Origin: Catajapyx aquilonaris | Taxonomy: Eukaryota | DNA length: 64,000 nucleotides | Reading direction: 5' to 3' | Assembly: GCA_000934665.2 (NCBI GenBank) | Contig: JYFJ02001142.1 | Coordinates: forward strand, 1 to 64,000 | In this document: in pieces, positions 26,149 to 48,800 of the stretch | How the letters are laid out: every line of letters starts with the position of its first letter | Numbering within the stretch: position 1 is the first letter of the stretch | Notes under the pieces: generated by a model | What the model was told of the DNA's origin: nothing | What the model saw: only the letters and a program-made list of their open reading frames with translations | The model's database searches: none | Position numbers and translations under genes: made by a program

Positions 26149-26419
26149 ACCGAAGCAGGTTGGCATAGTGGATAAGGCGTCCGACTGCTAATCGGGAGGT
26201 CCTGGGTTCGAATCCCGGGGCCGGCAACTCTGACCGTGGTTTTCTGTGGTTTCCCACGGTCCTTCCAGGAAAATTCCGGAGTTGCTTCCGTAATTAATAG
26301 GCCACAGCCGCTTCCTTCCGTCCCTATCCTATCCCAAAGAGCGCAGTAAAATGAAAGCAAAGAGTTCCAGGCAAAACAAACTTCCCCCCTAAAGAGCCGA
26401 TGGCTGATTACAGGTATGA

Positions 26420-26480
<61 letters not shown>
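26149..26480 (+). mobile_element. tRNA-derived SINE with (ATT)n tail and 12-bp TSD
   Basis: The Pol III A box TGGCATAGTGG is at 26161-26171 and the B box GGTTCGAATCC at 26205-26215. The central block GGTTTTCTGTGGTTTCCC...CCAGGAAAATTCCGG...GGCCACAGCCGCTTCCTTCC is reminiscent of insect Lm1-type SINEs (from memory). The (ATT)n tail runs about 26420-26477. The direct repeat ATTTCTGAAATA lies at 26137-26148 and 26481-26492. Confidence 0.9.
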
Positions 26481-26482
<2 letters not shown>

Positions 26483-27554
26483 TTCTGAAATATAAAAGTC
26501 CAACATACCTGAGACCATGTGCAGATGTTCCCCAAACAGAGGTGGCATGATGCAATTGTGAAAGCAACCTTACCACATAGTGGGTGTTGGAAAGATATTA
26601 AAAGGTGCTGGTCTTTCTATTTGGTTAATTTTTCTTCCCTGCTGATGGTGAGAGAAAATAGTGTTTCCAAGATGTGTCTTCAAAATTAACTGCACACAGT
26701 TTGAGAATTTTCAGTCTCAAGTATTAACTGCACCTGTAAGTACTCCTCATATGTCTGAGAAACGAGAAGGCCTCTTCATCTGAATACTTCTGCCTTGCCA
26801 TGAGGACAAGAATTATGGCTTCATGCCTGAAAAGAGGAGGGTTCACTCGGTCAATTTGTCTAGATGCAAACAGGATTCTGAAATGTATGCATAATAACCA
26901 TAATTAATTTTTCTTGCAATTGCATAAGAACAAACTTTCCCCCACAATAAAAACTTCCTCACACTTGTTATGCACACCAATACCTGGTTAGAGTAACCTT
27001 TAACATGTCCCACAGTAGACACAGATGCCATGGAGAGTGTGAGACAAACCACTTGAGCTGCCCTGAAAAAGAAAACGTCAAAGATATTACACAATTCCTT
27101 TAATCTAGATGCCTTCTGTTTTCTCAAGACGACAATTAGTCAAAAAACTGATTGATTGCAAGAAAACAAAAAAAAAAACCCTTTCCCCCCCAATATCTGA
27201 ACCAATGCAAAGTAGAAAAGGCTTCAAAGAAAAGGTTTGGGAACCTTGCAGTTGAAAACCTTGCAGTTGGAGGGAGCTCAGCAGTGTCGCTTGAGGATCT
27301 CATCCGCTACCTCCGGAGGCAAGACATTTCACATCTTCTTTATGTCTGTCTGTGTCTGTCTGTCTCCCATTTTCTTTCTCTCTCTCTCTCTCTCTCTTGC
27401 CTGCATGGTGGATAAGCGGAAAAAAATGATAACAAGTCCTCACCCCAAGTCCCCCCACGCGGTAAAAACAAATAAGTCCAAAAAAAAAACACACATCTAT
27501 AAAATGGGGGATAGCAATTTTTCTACTCACACGTGATTTGATAATTTCTTTTGT

Positions 27555-27560
27555 TTTATT
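27555..27560 (-). promoter_or_regulatory. Probable polyadenylation signal (AATAAA) of PRP4K
   Basis: TTTATT on + is AATAAA on -, about 940 nt past the PRP4K stop. It is followed on the minus strand by GU/U-rich sequence at about 27465-27495. Confidence 0.5.
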
Positions 27561-28496
27561 GAAAGCAAAAAATCCACATTCACACTGACAATGCCTCAAA
27601 ATAACTACAATTAAATATGATTCTGGAGACCTACAATATTGATACCTTATACTCTAAATTTTTGTTCTTACCTTTAAGACCTTTTTAGTACCTTTGATTC
27701 CCTGCCTTGCAGTACTTACTGGCACTGTACTAGCATAAGTGAGGGAAATAAAGTCCTTCCATTCACATTTTCTGTGAAATTTCATGATTCATAAAACTGG
27801 ACATGGCTCAAGACATGGACTTGTACTTTTCAGTTGGTCAGTAATTCTTGATTTACTGGCTGAAAATTAACTGAAGGATGACCCCAACTTCGCCTGTTGC
27901 TGCCATCTTAAGCCACCATTCAAAACTAGTGAATGCACTAAAATGTGAACATAATAATATTCATGATTCTTTCTTTCCCAAAGTACAATGTCCTGTGCAC
28001 CATTACTAACCCATACACCCACTGTTAAATTAAAACAATGCCAGTCTCATTCAGTCACTAAGAAGACAACAAATTGGTGCTGTATGTCAATATAAGCAAT
28101 CTCTCACATGCAAACGGCCAGCTCAACATAATGAAATCTGGCTAGTTCCTGAAATGCTGGTAATGCTCACAAGTAAATAATAATGCCCTGATGACATCAC
28201 GAACCACCTACTACCTCAACAAAGTCTGTCAAGAGGCAGATTCCACACCACCGAAATCCATACAGCTACCTCTAACAAAACAAATGGCAGACTTCAAGGA
28301 CAACAACTGTTTGTCCTCTCAAAATACATGATTTTTTTTTCCAAAAATCTCTCACCCACAATTCACCATGGGTGTAAGAGATGTGTTATTTGTCTCTGTG
28401 GTTTATATAATGGTTGTGAGACATATGCATGTGTGTATTATTCATGGGCGTGTGTGAGCATGTCTTGGGAGCAAGGAGTTACCTCGAGCCCCGCAG

Positions 28497-38063
<9,567 letters not shown>

Positions 38064-38229
38064 ATTCGAGCGGCGGAGGATCCCTCCTCAGGACGAGGCG
38101 CTGCTAGACGGGCCGGGGCAGGTGGGCGATTCCAATCCCGGCCTTTGGACGACGCTGCCAGGCCCTGGGAAGCCACGCAAATTATCGCTGTTGCGGACGA
38201 TAAAGAAAGAAACGTTCTTCCAGCGAAAT

Positions 38230-38295
38230 TACGTCCGCCATCTTAAGCCGATCAGGGGAGCCAACGGGACGGGTCGACTTGCTTCACTTCCGGTT
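38230..38295 (-). promoter_or_regulatory. Probable PRP4K core promoter region (housekeeping type)
   Basis: This is a CpG-rich stretch just upstream of the first coding exon. It holds an ETS-like CCGGAAGTG (minus strand, ~38285-38293) and a YY1-like AAGATGGCG (minus strand, ~38236-38244). No TSS data are available. Confidence 0.4.
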
Positions 38296-39893
38296 CGGAT
38301 TCGACAAATTTTCACTAGTGAAATTGTACATTAAGTCGTGCAACATGGCAAGTCATTCGATTTTATTTTTAAAATTATAAACCACGATATCTTGCAGGGT
38401 GCTTGAGTCACGTGACACAAATGGCGGGATTCTTGTTCCGAGGGTTTCAGAGCAGTTGTTGTTGTGGGAAAGGCACGCAATATATTCTACTCGACCATTG
38501 GTTATGTTGCGATTTTCTACGACTAAATTACTCTCGTTCATATATTGCTTTCGGCTCCATCAATGTGTACAGACAGTCTCACCACGACACTGTTCGGAAG
38601 AGAATTTGGGTTACAAAAGTGAGTCTACTAAGTTTTGTTTGAAATTTTTCAAATAATTTTTGCATAGTGAGGACATTATAGACTGCTTGCCAATGGAAAA
38701 ACGATTACCACGCAAATTTTTAAGTGCCTTCCTAACCGTGTTCTTCCATGAACAGCGCCTTGTGAAACAGCATCATGTGACAGAATGAATCTGCTGATGC
38801 AAGTTTGTCAAATGAGCTAGATTGATAAGGAAATTCAGAACTTTTCTGCTTCCCAAGCAACATTTGTGTGCCTCTTACCTGCATCAGTTGATGGAAAACC
38901 TGAAATTTTCTGGCTTCCTTACTTTCAAAGCACCAGCTAGGTTTGATGTGCACATTAGGAATAATATCATGATCTTACCAGGCCAAGTCTCTATTTGATG
39001 CGTCAGGTCAATGCTATTTTCTGGCAAATGGAGATTTTGCCAGGTATGAATCTGAGATGCTTAATATATCTGACCCAGTGTTACTGGCCCGTATCCAAAT
39101 ATCTGAGTGGAGTTTGTGCAGCAAAAAGTGTGCCGCAACAAAAAGTATGCTTTTGTGCAGTGACTTTGGTTGTGCCCTAAATTATTCTAAAGTATCCTGT
39201 TAATAATAATTCCACAACTTTTGTAATGCTTGCAGTGTTTCGTCGTATTATTATTCATGAACTGTAGCCTACACTGTATTTCAGCAAAACCTAGACAAAC
39301 CTAGCACAACAGAGAAGAAATGGCATTCGTTTCAATTGAGTTGTGGTTGCAAGGGTAAGCTATTCACAAAATAAATCTTCCTCATCTCTCTTCAGCCCAT
39401 TACAGCATCCTTCGGAGTAAATGCAGAGTCTGCTCATGCGGTGAACAAGTTGGCTTGTCCCTGGTAATAAACACTGTGTAGGTTTTGTAAAGGTGTACAG
39501 ATGAGCCATGAAATCAAACAATATTTATTGTTGTTACGTACCATAGGAAATGCAGCTTGGTTGTAAGAAAACAAAGTAGGGATTGGGAGGTAATTAGTTT
39601 TACTGGTAAATAAATATGCTGTTGTTTGATCTGTGTTGGCTGCTGACGTGATGAGACTTGAATAAAATGACGCTGTTATCACTACAGGTCCGTGAGATTT
39701 GAAATATATGATACCGGCGGCAGTTAGCAATAATCTCTCCTATAGTCTCAGCTCTACCAAAGGGCTAGAAATATCTGTACAAAAAAGGGGAGGGAGGGAG
39801 GGAGGCAGCACCTTGTCCCTCATGACTGTACAAAAACTGGGAGGCCATCTCCAGGAGTGATGACAAGCACCTCTTGTCCTCGTAGGTGCAGGT

Positions 39894-42800
39894 TCACACC
39901 TGAAATAAACCAGAATTAATTGATCAAAATGAAAAATGAAACATTATCAATCAACAATGATGCATGCCACTTCTGCTAAGGAAACCCGACTATCTCATTC
40001 AAGCAAAAAATGAGCTTCCTGCAGTTTGTGATACTGACCGAAGTAATGGCTTGATTGTCCTCATCTTCTTCCTCTATTCCAGTGTCTGGGGACGTGTCAC
40101 CTGCAGTGGGCTGTCCCTTCTGGGATGGATGCGGCCAGCAGGAAGGTGGTGAGGACGGTGTGGAGGCAGCGGTAGACGTGGCAGTTGAAGTTGCGGCAGA
40201 GTCAGCAGATACGGAAGTGGCAGTGCTGTTGGATCGGGCCACTTGCTTGTGACCTGAAGAGGCTTCTATCTCCTCTAGGGTTACAGACATGTCCGACACA
40301 ATTCCGCTCTCAGCTGAACATTGGCTGTGCAGTGTTGAACGATGATGTGCTTTAGGACTGTCAGCAGGGTCAAACCCTAGGTTTAAGGCTCCACTTGTTG
40401 ACGAAAGTGGAAATGATGCCTGGCTGCTGCCTGAGGAACAGGAACTGCTGCTGACTGATATAATGGAGTGTGGGCGCCTACTGGTAGTCAGGAACTCATT
40501 TGGTGGTATGGAGATGGAGTTTCGGAAGCGGGGAGCTTTGCACAGCTGGGCAATGCTGATAGATCGGTCACTGATCTGGTCTTCACTTGGCTTAATGTCC
40601 AAACATGGTTTGTTGCCAATACCCATTGAGGACATCTCAGCCATGCGCATCTCTGGAATAGATAATTCACAAAATAATGTAGGCCACTTCTCACAAGTCA
40701 GTAACTCTTGGGATTAGCAAATCAGTGTCAACATGCTACATCGTCGTACCTGCAGTATGGTCATTAGAATATTAAGCTCACATATGTACAGGTGGAAATA
40801 AAGATTATGCCTCTATTGCATTTGCATTATTTTATCAGATTGCATTTGACAACCCAATTCTATCCATTCTATCTCAACAGTACATCTCCAACTTGATGCT
40901 TTTCACTCACCTCTGTTCTTAAGCGCTTGCTTCCAGAGGAGGCGCGAGATCTCCTTGTCCCATGCCTCCTTAATATCAGGAGACATGGCCTGCATTGTAT
41001 AAGTGTCATGCACCTTCCTCTTGCGGAACCAAATCTCGAACTTGGTGTTGCTTTCCTGGATCTGTGCAGTCAAGCCAATGTCTGTGGTTTTGATACTGTT
41101 CTTGTAGATATACACATCTAAGTTCTTCCTCTCCGGATCCCGCCTCGACTTGCTGAACAGGATCAGTTCCTCAAACAAAAATATGTGCCGAAGACACTTT
41201 TTCCCTTTGCCTTGCCACACCAGAAATTCGTTCTGTCGGAGAAGCCTCCCTTGTTCTTTCACATTTACATCACAATCACGCAAAGAGTCCATCGCCAGGA
41301 GGTCATTCCCATGGCGGAGTTGAAACCGAACCATCTCCTCGGCAGCCCGAAGATCTGAAAACTCAGGTCGTTTTTCTGGGCACTCCTTCAGGACCTGCTT
41401 GAGGAGCAGGGCATACTTTCCCATACGCTGGACTGGCTTCAAGAGGTAGCTGGCCAAGTCCATCTTGTCACCTAGCTGCAACTGTTTCTCCTTGAAGAAT
41501 GCTGAACCGTACTCGGAGAGAATGCCATCTGACTTCGGCTTGTTCTTGTTGTACAATGCATACAGGTAAAAGTGGTGCTCCTGTAATTTATAATAAAATT
41601 TATTTAATTAATCAGTTTTCATCTTGGCTTTCATTATTTGACATATTTGAGGAGATGAGATGCAAAGTGATCTATGTTCAAAAAATTAACATTTGAGATA
41701 TGACTGCCATAGCGTGAAGGAACTTCCGCTACTATCTAGTTCTACTTCTAGTCCATTTGAAGTTGTTTTGAAAAAAATTGTGCAGAAGAAAAAATTAGTA
41801 TTTCTTTTACGAAATTGTCTAAAGTTGGCTGAAGAACGTTTAATAATGTAGTAATTATTGATGTCGTCTAACAATATCTTCCTGTTAAATAGTTCTCTGG
41901 TGAACACTGTGATAACATCTCCCGCAGTGGGCACCGCAAACAGTAAGTAAAGCAAAATGGTCGCATCAGAAAATCAGCTCTCCTGAAAAATCCTTCAATC
42001 TCCAGATAGATCATTTTGCATCACACCTCCTCATTTGAAATTTAGTGTGTGTGCACCTAAATGCCACATAACATATTGCAGTTTGTAATAAATTATTTCA
42101 ATAGGTGAACTTACATGTCTGTGAAAACACTGGCCAACACTGAAGGGGTCATTCTCACAGGTCTCAAGTTCCTGCAAAAAGTACTGGCTGTGGAACTCGT
42201 AGATCTTCTCAATATTGCCAAAAACAACATTGCGTTGACCCCTTAGCGCCTGAGGAATGTCCTCCCTCAACAGCTCGGGGATGTAGTTCTGAAAAGCACA
42301 CAGAAATGTCAGTTCAAAGTTGTTTCACAAGAGTCCTGCAGGGTCCTTACCTCAATAACGTATTCCAAAGACTTGACATAGTCTCTTTCAGTCTGGATCA
42401 TCTCTCGCATTATAAGCAGCAGTGTCCTGAAAAGTAAATGATATCTGTTATTGAAACAGAAACTTTTAAAGAGCTCACAATATTCTCCTTTTCCTTTCAA
42501 CTTGCACTTGAAACTGTCCACAACACTGGCGAATAATAGGAGCACTCACTTGTTTGCCTTAAGCTGCTGGTCCGAATCATAGAGATCACAAGCCAAGCTA
42601 TGGTAGTAGAGGTGGGAGTTGACTGGTACAGGGGAGAGAGCTTCTGGAGGCTTCTCCCCAGAATTAGAAGTGTCAGTGGGTGTGGAAGAAGAGGCACTCT
42701 TCTTGCTCCAGTCACCACAGGAACCCAGTGATGAGGTGGATGGCTCTTCCTCAATACTGTCTTCCTCTACGAGTGTGTCTGAAGGAGGTACCTTGAAGCA

Positions 42801-45800
42801 GCCTTCACTCCGACTCCTGCCTCTCCACTGCTGCCCACAAGAGGAGCCAGAGGAGAGCGACGATGAAGATGACGATGAGGACGATGAAGAGGAAGAACGT
42901 CCAAATGCATGGCAGCTGTTCCTTCTAGTGCCACTGGCAGGGGTGGAAGTGAGTCCGGGGTTCCACCGCTGTCCACAGTCACCTGGACAGAGAGAATCTC
43001 CCTTCTCCTGGTCCTCCTGATGCTGGAGACGTTTCTTCAGTTGCACCAATGACTCTTGCCGGTTTTCCATTAGCAGCCTGGTTTCTTCACACCTGTTCTC
43101 TGCCACCTAGAAATGAAGGGATGGTTGAAGATTTCTTTTCCCATTGCAATGTATAATAATGGTCCATTCAATGTCAACTATTAACTAATAACAGCAATTG
43201 GCTAGTAATTTTTGTGTCCATGTTACATTACTAATACCACAATCATCTGCATCTCACCTTGGATTGCTCCAGTAGCTTGAGATTACCCAGCTTTTTGGCC
43301 AGCTGCGTCATCTCCTCAAACACAGCACTCTCAACAGGAGGATGAGACTCCCCGTACTGGTACATGCTGTCCAGGAGATGCTCCGCCTGCTCCAGACTGG
43401 TGCAGTGGTCAACTTTGATAGTGGACAGATGCTTGGTGGCATCCAGGGCCCATTCGTAGGCCTGCAATAATTAAAAGAGCCACTCGATCAGAACCCATCT
43501 CCCATGAGGCAAGGTCCCCCCAACATGTGGCAGCTAGATGATGCTGACCTTGTCTAAGAGGAAGTAGCAGCGAGCCGCATCTTCCACTTTTTCCCTGGTA
43601 TCCTCCAATCTCTCCCCAAAGCTCCGGATGTGCATCCGGAGGCTGCGAGCCAGATCCCTCAATCCGGAGGACCCCCCTCCCCCACTGCTCTGCCCCAAAC
43701 TCATGCTGCTGCCCGACGGTCTCTTGGCCGCCTCGGGGCCGCCCAGGGCCGGCTCCTCCAGCAGGTCGTTCCCACGCTCCATGTGCCTCTGAAACGGATG
43801 AGGGAATGGTGGGTTTGATTAACATCTAATGGTCCACAGGGACTAGAGCAGCACACTTTTCTAGGAACTGCCATCTGATTTGGAGTGTGAAGTTCTATGA
43901 GCTACTGGGGTCTCGGGTCCAGATGCCGTGCAAATTGGAAGCAGCATAACAGTAGGGGGGAAACCCTAGGGGTCGGCAGTTCCTCAATTCAAAAGGACAA
44001 GGTTTAGTGGGGCCAGATGTTCATCCTCTCCGCGGAACTAAAGGAGGGGGTCCCCCTCCATACAACCAAGCAAACTCAGCTGCTGCTTCAGTTGTCAATC
44101 ACTTCCGACCCTGCACCTCCCATGCGTATAGGACCCACGACCCGGACCGCCCATGCATTTCACACGTACATGTCCGGACATGGACATTCATCTGGCTGAT
44201 TGTTCCCAGGCTGAGTGATGATGAATGAAAGGCGCCTGGAGGCACTATAAAGCGCAATCTCCGAGACCTACTTTGGTTGGATCTTCCTCATCGTTAGTCG
44301 TATACGATCAAGAATGTCCAGCAGGCAGGCATAGTTCTGTTTGCCTTTCCAAGCAAGCATGTACGGATGTAGGTAGGTCACACGTAGGCCTACTCTCAGG
44401 CTTTTCCGTGCACCCCTCATATGGCTACTGACACACACTGGCATTTGCGGTTCACTTGCATTTTGCATTGCGATTTACGGTTTTCTGTATAGTTCCAATG
44501 GGATCGAGGGGCTACTCACTGAATATCCACGTATGATTATTATTATTGTGACAATGGTCAGTCCATATGTAAAATGTCAGATCATACACCTTCCACGTAG
44601 TGTACACCTAGATTGCCTATCATCAGTTTATGTGTCGCATAGAGTAAAAAGTGACCTAAATCGTCCCATGCGTTCGTGTGGATGAGTATGTAATTTATCA
44701 ATCCATCGGTTTATAATTGTTTTATACGTAAGAGTAAAAAATTAGGGAATGAGATCGCCCGATGACTAACGCCCGTACCTGATCGCACAAAAAACGCGTT
44801 GCACAAGTATTCATAACTTTCCATTCAAGCAGAAAAGTGGGCGACGAAAGAAATTGCGTGTACTTTTCAAACGGTAGACAAAATACTAGACGGTCGAAAA
44901 AAAGAAGGTAATGTGGGTTGTAGATGACCCCAAAAAGAAAGGTTCCTCCCCTTCTTTCCCTCTTTCTTCTTTCCTTCCGTCCTGTCGGAGAAAGTTGGCC
45001 AAGACATTTTGCAGACCTGTGTGGCCAGAGTGAAAGAAGGGGGCAACATCATGCGGGTAAAAAAGACCTTTAAGAGGCAGAAGGTATACAAAACACGGGG
45101 CTCGGCGGAACGTCGTGACGTCGAGGATCCAAAAACAGTAGAGGTCACCTGGTGGCGGATCCAAGGTCCATCTACCTTCACTCCCAAGGTCTTTTTTCCT
45201 TCGGCGGCCATCCACTTCAAACCAACAACTCTTGGCTGGAATGCGCCCACGCCACTTATACTAACTCCTCGCAACCACTCTAATTCGACTTCTTTGTGCA
45301 AAAATATTCTCTGGGCTGCATACCTTCAATTTTCTTTTTTAAATTGGAGGGAGTCGTAAAAGCAGGCGTGCCGAGACTTTACTGTTCGCACAGGAGCATT
45401 AGCTATCGTTAGTGAGGCCAGTTTTTAAACGGGCGGAACTTTGTTACAGCAGAAGGTCGTCTCAGCAATTTGTTCCGTTCAGTCGTGAAATATTGCATTT
45501 CTTGCCCGTTTCGCCTTGCGAAGGGAGCAGGTTTTAAAGAGCAATGTCACACGGTGTGTAATGTTGCGTAAAGAGCGATGCGAATCTTGTAACTTCCGAT
45601 AATTTGAATTCCAGCGGTTGCATTTTCAAATTTCCGCAATTTTCGAGACATTTTCAAATATTGATACTGGTCTTGTTGCCCAATGCCCATTGTCAGGATT
45701 TTTGAAGAAAAATAATAATAAACCAAAATTCGTGAATCGACCCCCTTTCAAGAGACAACGTCGATTAATTACAACGATAATTACTTCTGAAGGGTGCATG

Positions 45801-48800
45801 TGTCGACCCGTGTGAATATCGGGTATGACTGCATGCAGTATATGTTCCACTTGTGCTTTGCCACGGGTCGTGTTTGCTTAACCGCCTGCTAATTAAACCT
45901 CCATTATGGGTGGTCAATCTAATCGAAGTGAGGGTGAATAGAGAGGAGGGGAGGGTGCATGCTGCTGGGGGGCAGGGAGGAGTCATAACAATGCCGACCT
46001 CATGCCATGTTCAACTCTCTCAAACACATGGCCTGCCTGATGAATGCTAATCGAGTGGTAAAGGACTTGATGGCAATTATTTTCCGCGAGAAATGTGGGC
46101 CACTTTCTACTCAGATGCCTTTGATGGTAGTGGTGCCCGCGAGAAAATGCCCAGCTTCTGCTTGGCAATCGATTGTGTGAAAACTGCTGGCCCCCACTAA
46201 GTAGATTCATCTTGTTCTCACGCATTTCGTGTTCTGGTGCGTCCTTATTATTCCCTTTCTTTTTCGTTGGATCCAGCCCGCATCCAACACGCACTCATCT
46301 CCTACGCAGAGATTATCTAGAGAAAAAGTGATGTCTCGAGAGAATTTCGCTCCCGATAACAGTCAGTGAACCTTTTTGGGTGACAGATTCAACAAAGAGC
46401 TTCCGGGGCTCCCCTTGTGCACCTTCACGCAGAATAATGTCATAATAATTTGTACACAGCAGTTGGTGACAGCTCGGGATCCCTTGATGCCCTACGTATA
46501 CAAGTGAGAGTGTGCTTTCCAAGGGGTGCATGGAAGCGAGGAAAACCCATCCCAAATGACTAGCAGTTTATCCAGTCGGTTTCAGTAACTGTGACCAAGC
46601 CGGCCCCTCCTAACGTCATCGTGTCCCATCTCGACTTGGATGGAGGCCGTCCAGGAATGCGTCGCTTATTTCCACCAGGAAGGCCTTTTTCCTCGCCTGG
46701 AAGACAATCTGGCCTTGTCCTTTTCCTACTGTCTCCCAATGTGTGCATGGCTACACTGGAGCTCCCCAAGGCGACTTCTGGACAATGGTACAATCGACAC
46801 TCAACGTCGTCAAAACAAATCTGAGCTGAAGGCGAAATACGGCCTATCCACGTGGTAACAACATATAGCCCACGCGTTTCAATCCTTTTTTGGTAGCAAT
46901 CCTTGGCCCAGATGACGTAAACGAATACCTATATAACAAGACCGTGTTTGTGTTGCAATAAGAGGTTGCAAGTGGTCCATCTGACAGCTCCATATACGCG
47001 TATTCTCCATCCTGGTCATTAATTTCCAGTTCCTTTGTCCATGCCGGTCAAAATTAATGACGGGTTTAAGTAAACACATTCGGAAATAATTGAGCCCCTG
47101 ACCTAATCTGGTTTCCTATGAATAGTAATGAACGGTTATTTTTTCATTATCATATATTACATATACTCTTTTTGAGGCCGTGTCACTTTTTATTTCCTTT
47201 TCTTCTGTCATCTCCACGCTCGCGTAATTTTCGGGCCAACTTCACAAAGGCCATCTATATCAATACAGGGTGTTTCCGGTTAAGATCAAAAGACACGCTG
47301 ACGCTCTTTGAATACTATATGACGCAGGTCACTAATTACTAACATATAGCTTCCATTAGCAGGCCTTTTTCTATCTCTAAAAAAACGAGTTTCTATTTTG
47401 ACATCAAAGAAAACGCATTTAATAAGCCGGGAGGCTTTTCCTCAGCACGACTTAAAAAGTCAACAAAGATGCTGCATTGTGAACTTTCCTGGATTTCTCA
47501 AGTTGGACTTTGTAACAGCGATCGTTATACGTGCACGTGCGCTTTCTAGATGACGATAAAAGCCCATGTCTATTCATCCCAGTGGTTTTGACGAAACACA
47601 CATTCCATTACACAACTAGGGTATATATGCAGCAACCCTCCAAGTCCATCGACTTGCACGGAATGTCCCACCCGCAGTGCGATCATTCGATCTGATGATT
47701 GGACCATCTCACCAACCAACAAAAAAATGGAAGTTACGCATCTCTCACCATCTGTTTTTCCACGGTAGGAGGAGGGCATTTCTGTCTCACGTCGTCCTCC
47801 ACAACCTTCTTCTTGACGGCCAAAAGCACGCACACACCGTCCTTTCCCATAACTAAAGCGATGATGGTAATCCCAGAGAGGCAGCACCACTACGTCCAAC
47901 CCATGGCAACCCTCCGCCTCGACTGAGGAGGCAGCTCTCTTTCTCTCGGTAACCGGAAGCCCTGGCCCAGAAGGTGAGGCGGGCTGGTCGTGGTGGTGGT
48001 GGTGGGGGCCGGGTTGCTTCAGGAGGACTCTTCTTCACTGCTAATGGCACACTTTTCTAGGAATGCATCATGTGCTCCTAATCACTTCCCAGGGTATGAA
48101 TCGTATGCAAACTGATGACTCTTTCCATATATCTTCACAATCGGCAACACAGCCCAAATTTTCAGAGGGTTTGACCACATGGCAGCAACGCAGCGTAATT
48201 ATCATGTCAACCATATATATTCCTGGTCCTCGGCAGGGGTTTGCTGGCCAAAGCAGGTGTGATAACTTGACCGCTCTGGGCCCAGTAAAGTGTGCAAGAC
48301 AGATGGGAAGCACGGGGGCTCAGCAGGCCAATTAAAGGACGATGCTTCTTCCAACAACTGCTTGGTCGTGTCCTTCCCCCGAGCCATGAATTTAATTTAC
48401 CAGCGGCCCCAGCAGCACCTCCCCATGGTTCCAGTGCGATGGCCTCAGTCTCCCTCGGCTCTGACCCCTAAGTAGCGAAAGACTGAGCACCCACCCAGTT
48501 TGCTGCCTCCATGGGAACCATCTCACAGGAACATTTATCCTTATCGCCGCAAACTGTAACACGAAATCACTCTTTCCCTCCATTTTTTTTAAGGCTCCTC
48601 TTATCGTGTCACTCAGTCTTGAACCCTAACCAGGCTAACCCTAAAGCACCTTAGGAGCTGCACTTGAGATGACTATCCTTTTCTCTCCAGGCATCCTGTT
48701 GGATATTTGACATATGTGAAGGGTTGAAGGGTCATGCAGGCGAGAGAAGATGCACACGTGCCGCTCCGATAAGACTTTCTTCAGAGTCCATTGGCTCAGG

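Noticed and set aside
26153..26226. Stand-alone tRNA-Ser(GCT) gene
   Set aside because: The acceptor stem is imperfect and the long variable arm is absent. It sits in a TSD-flanked element with an (ATT)n tail, so it is a SINE head.
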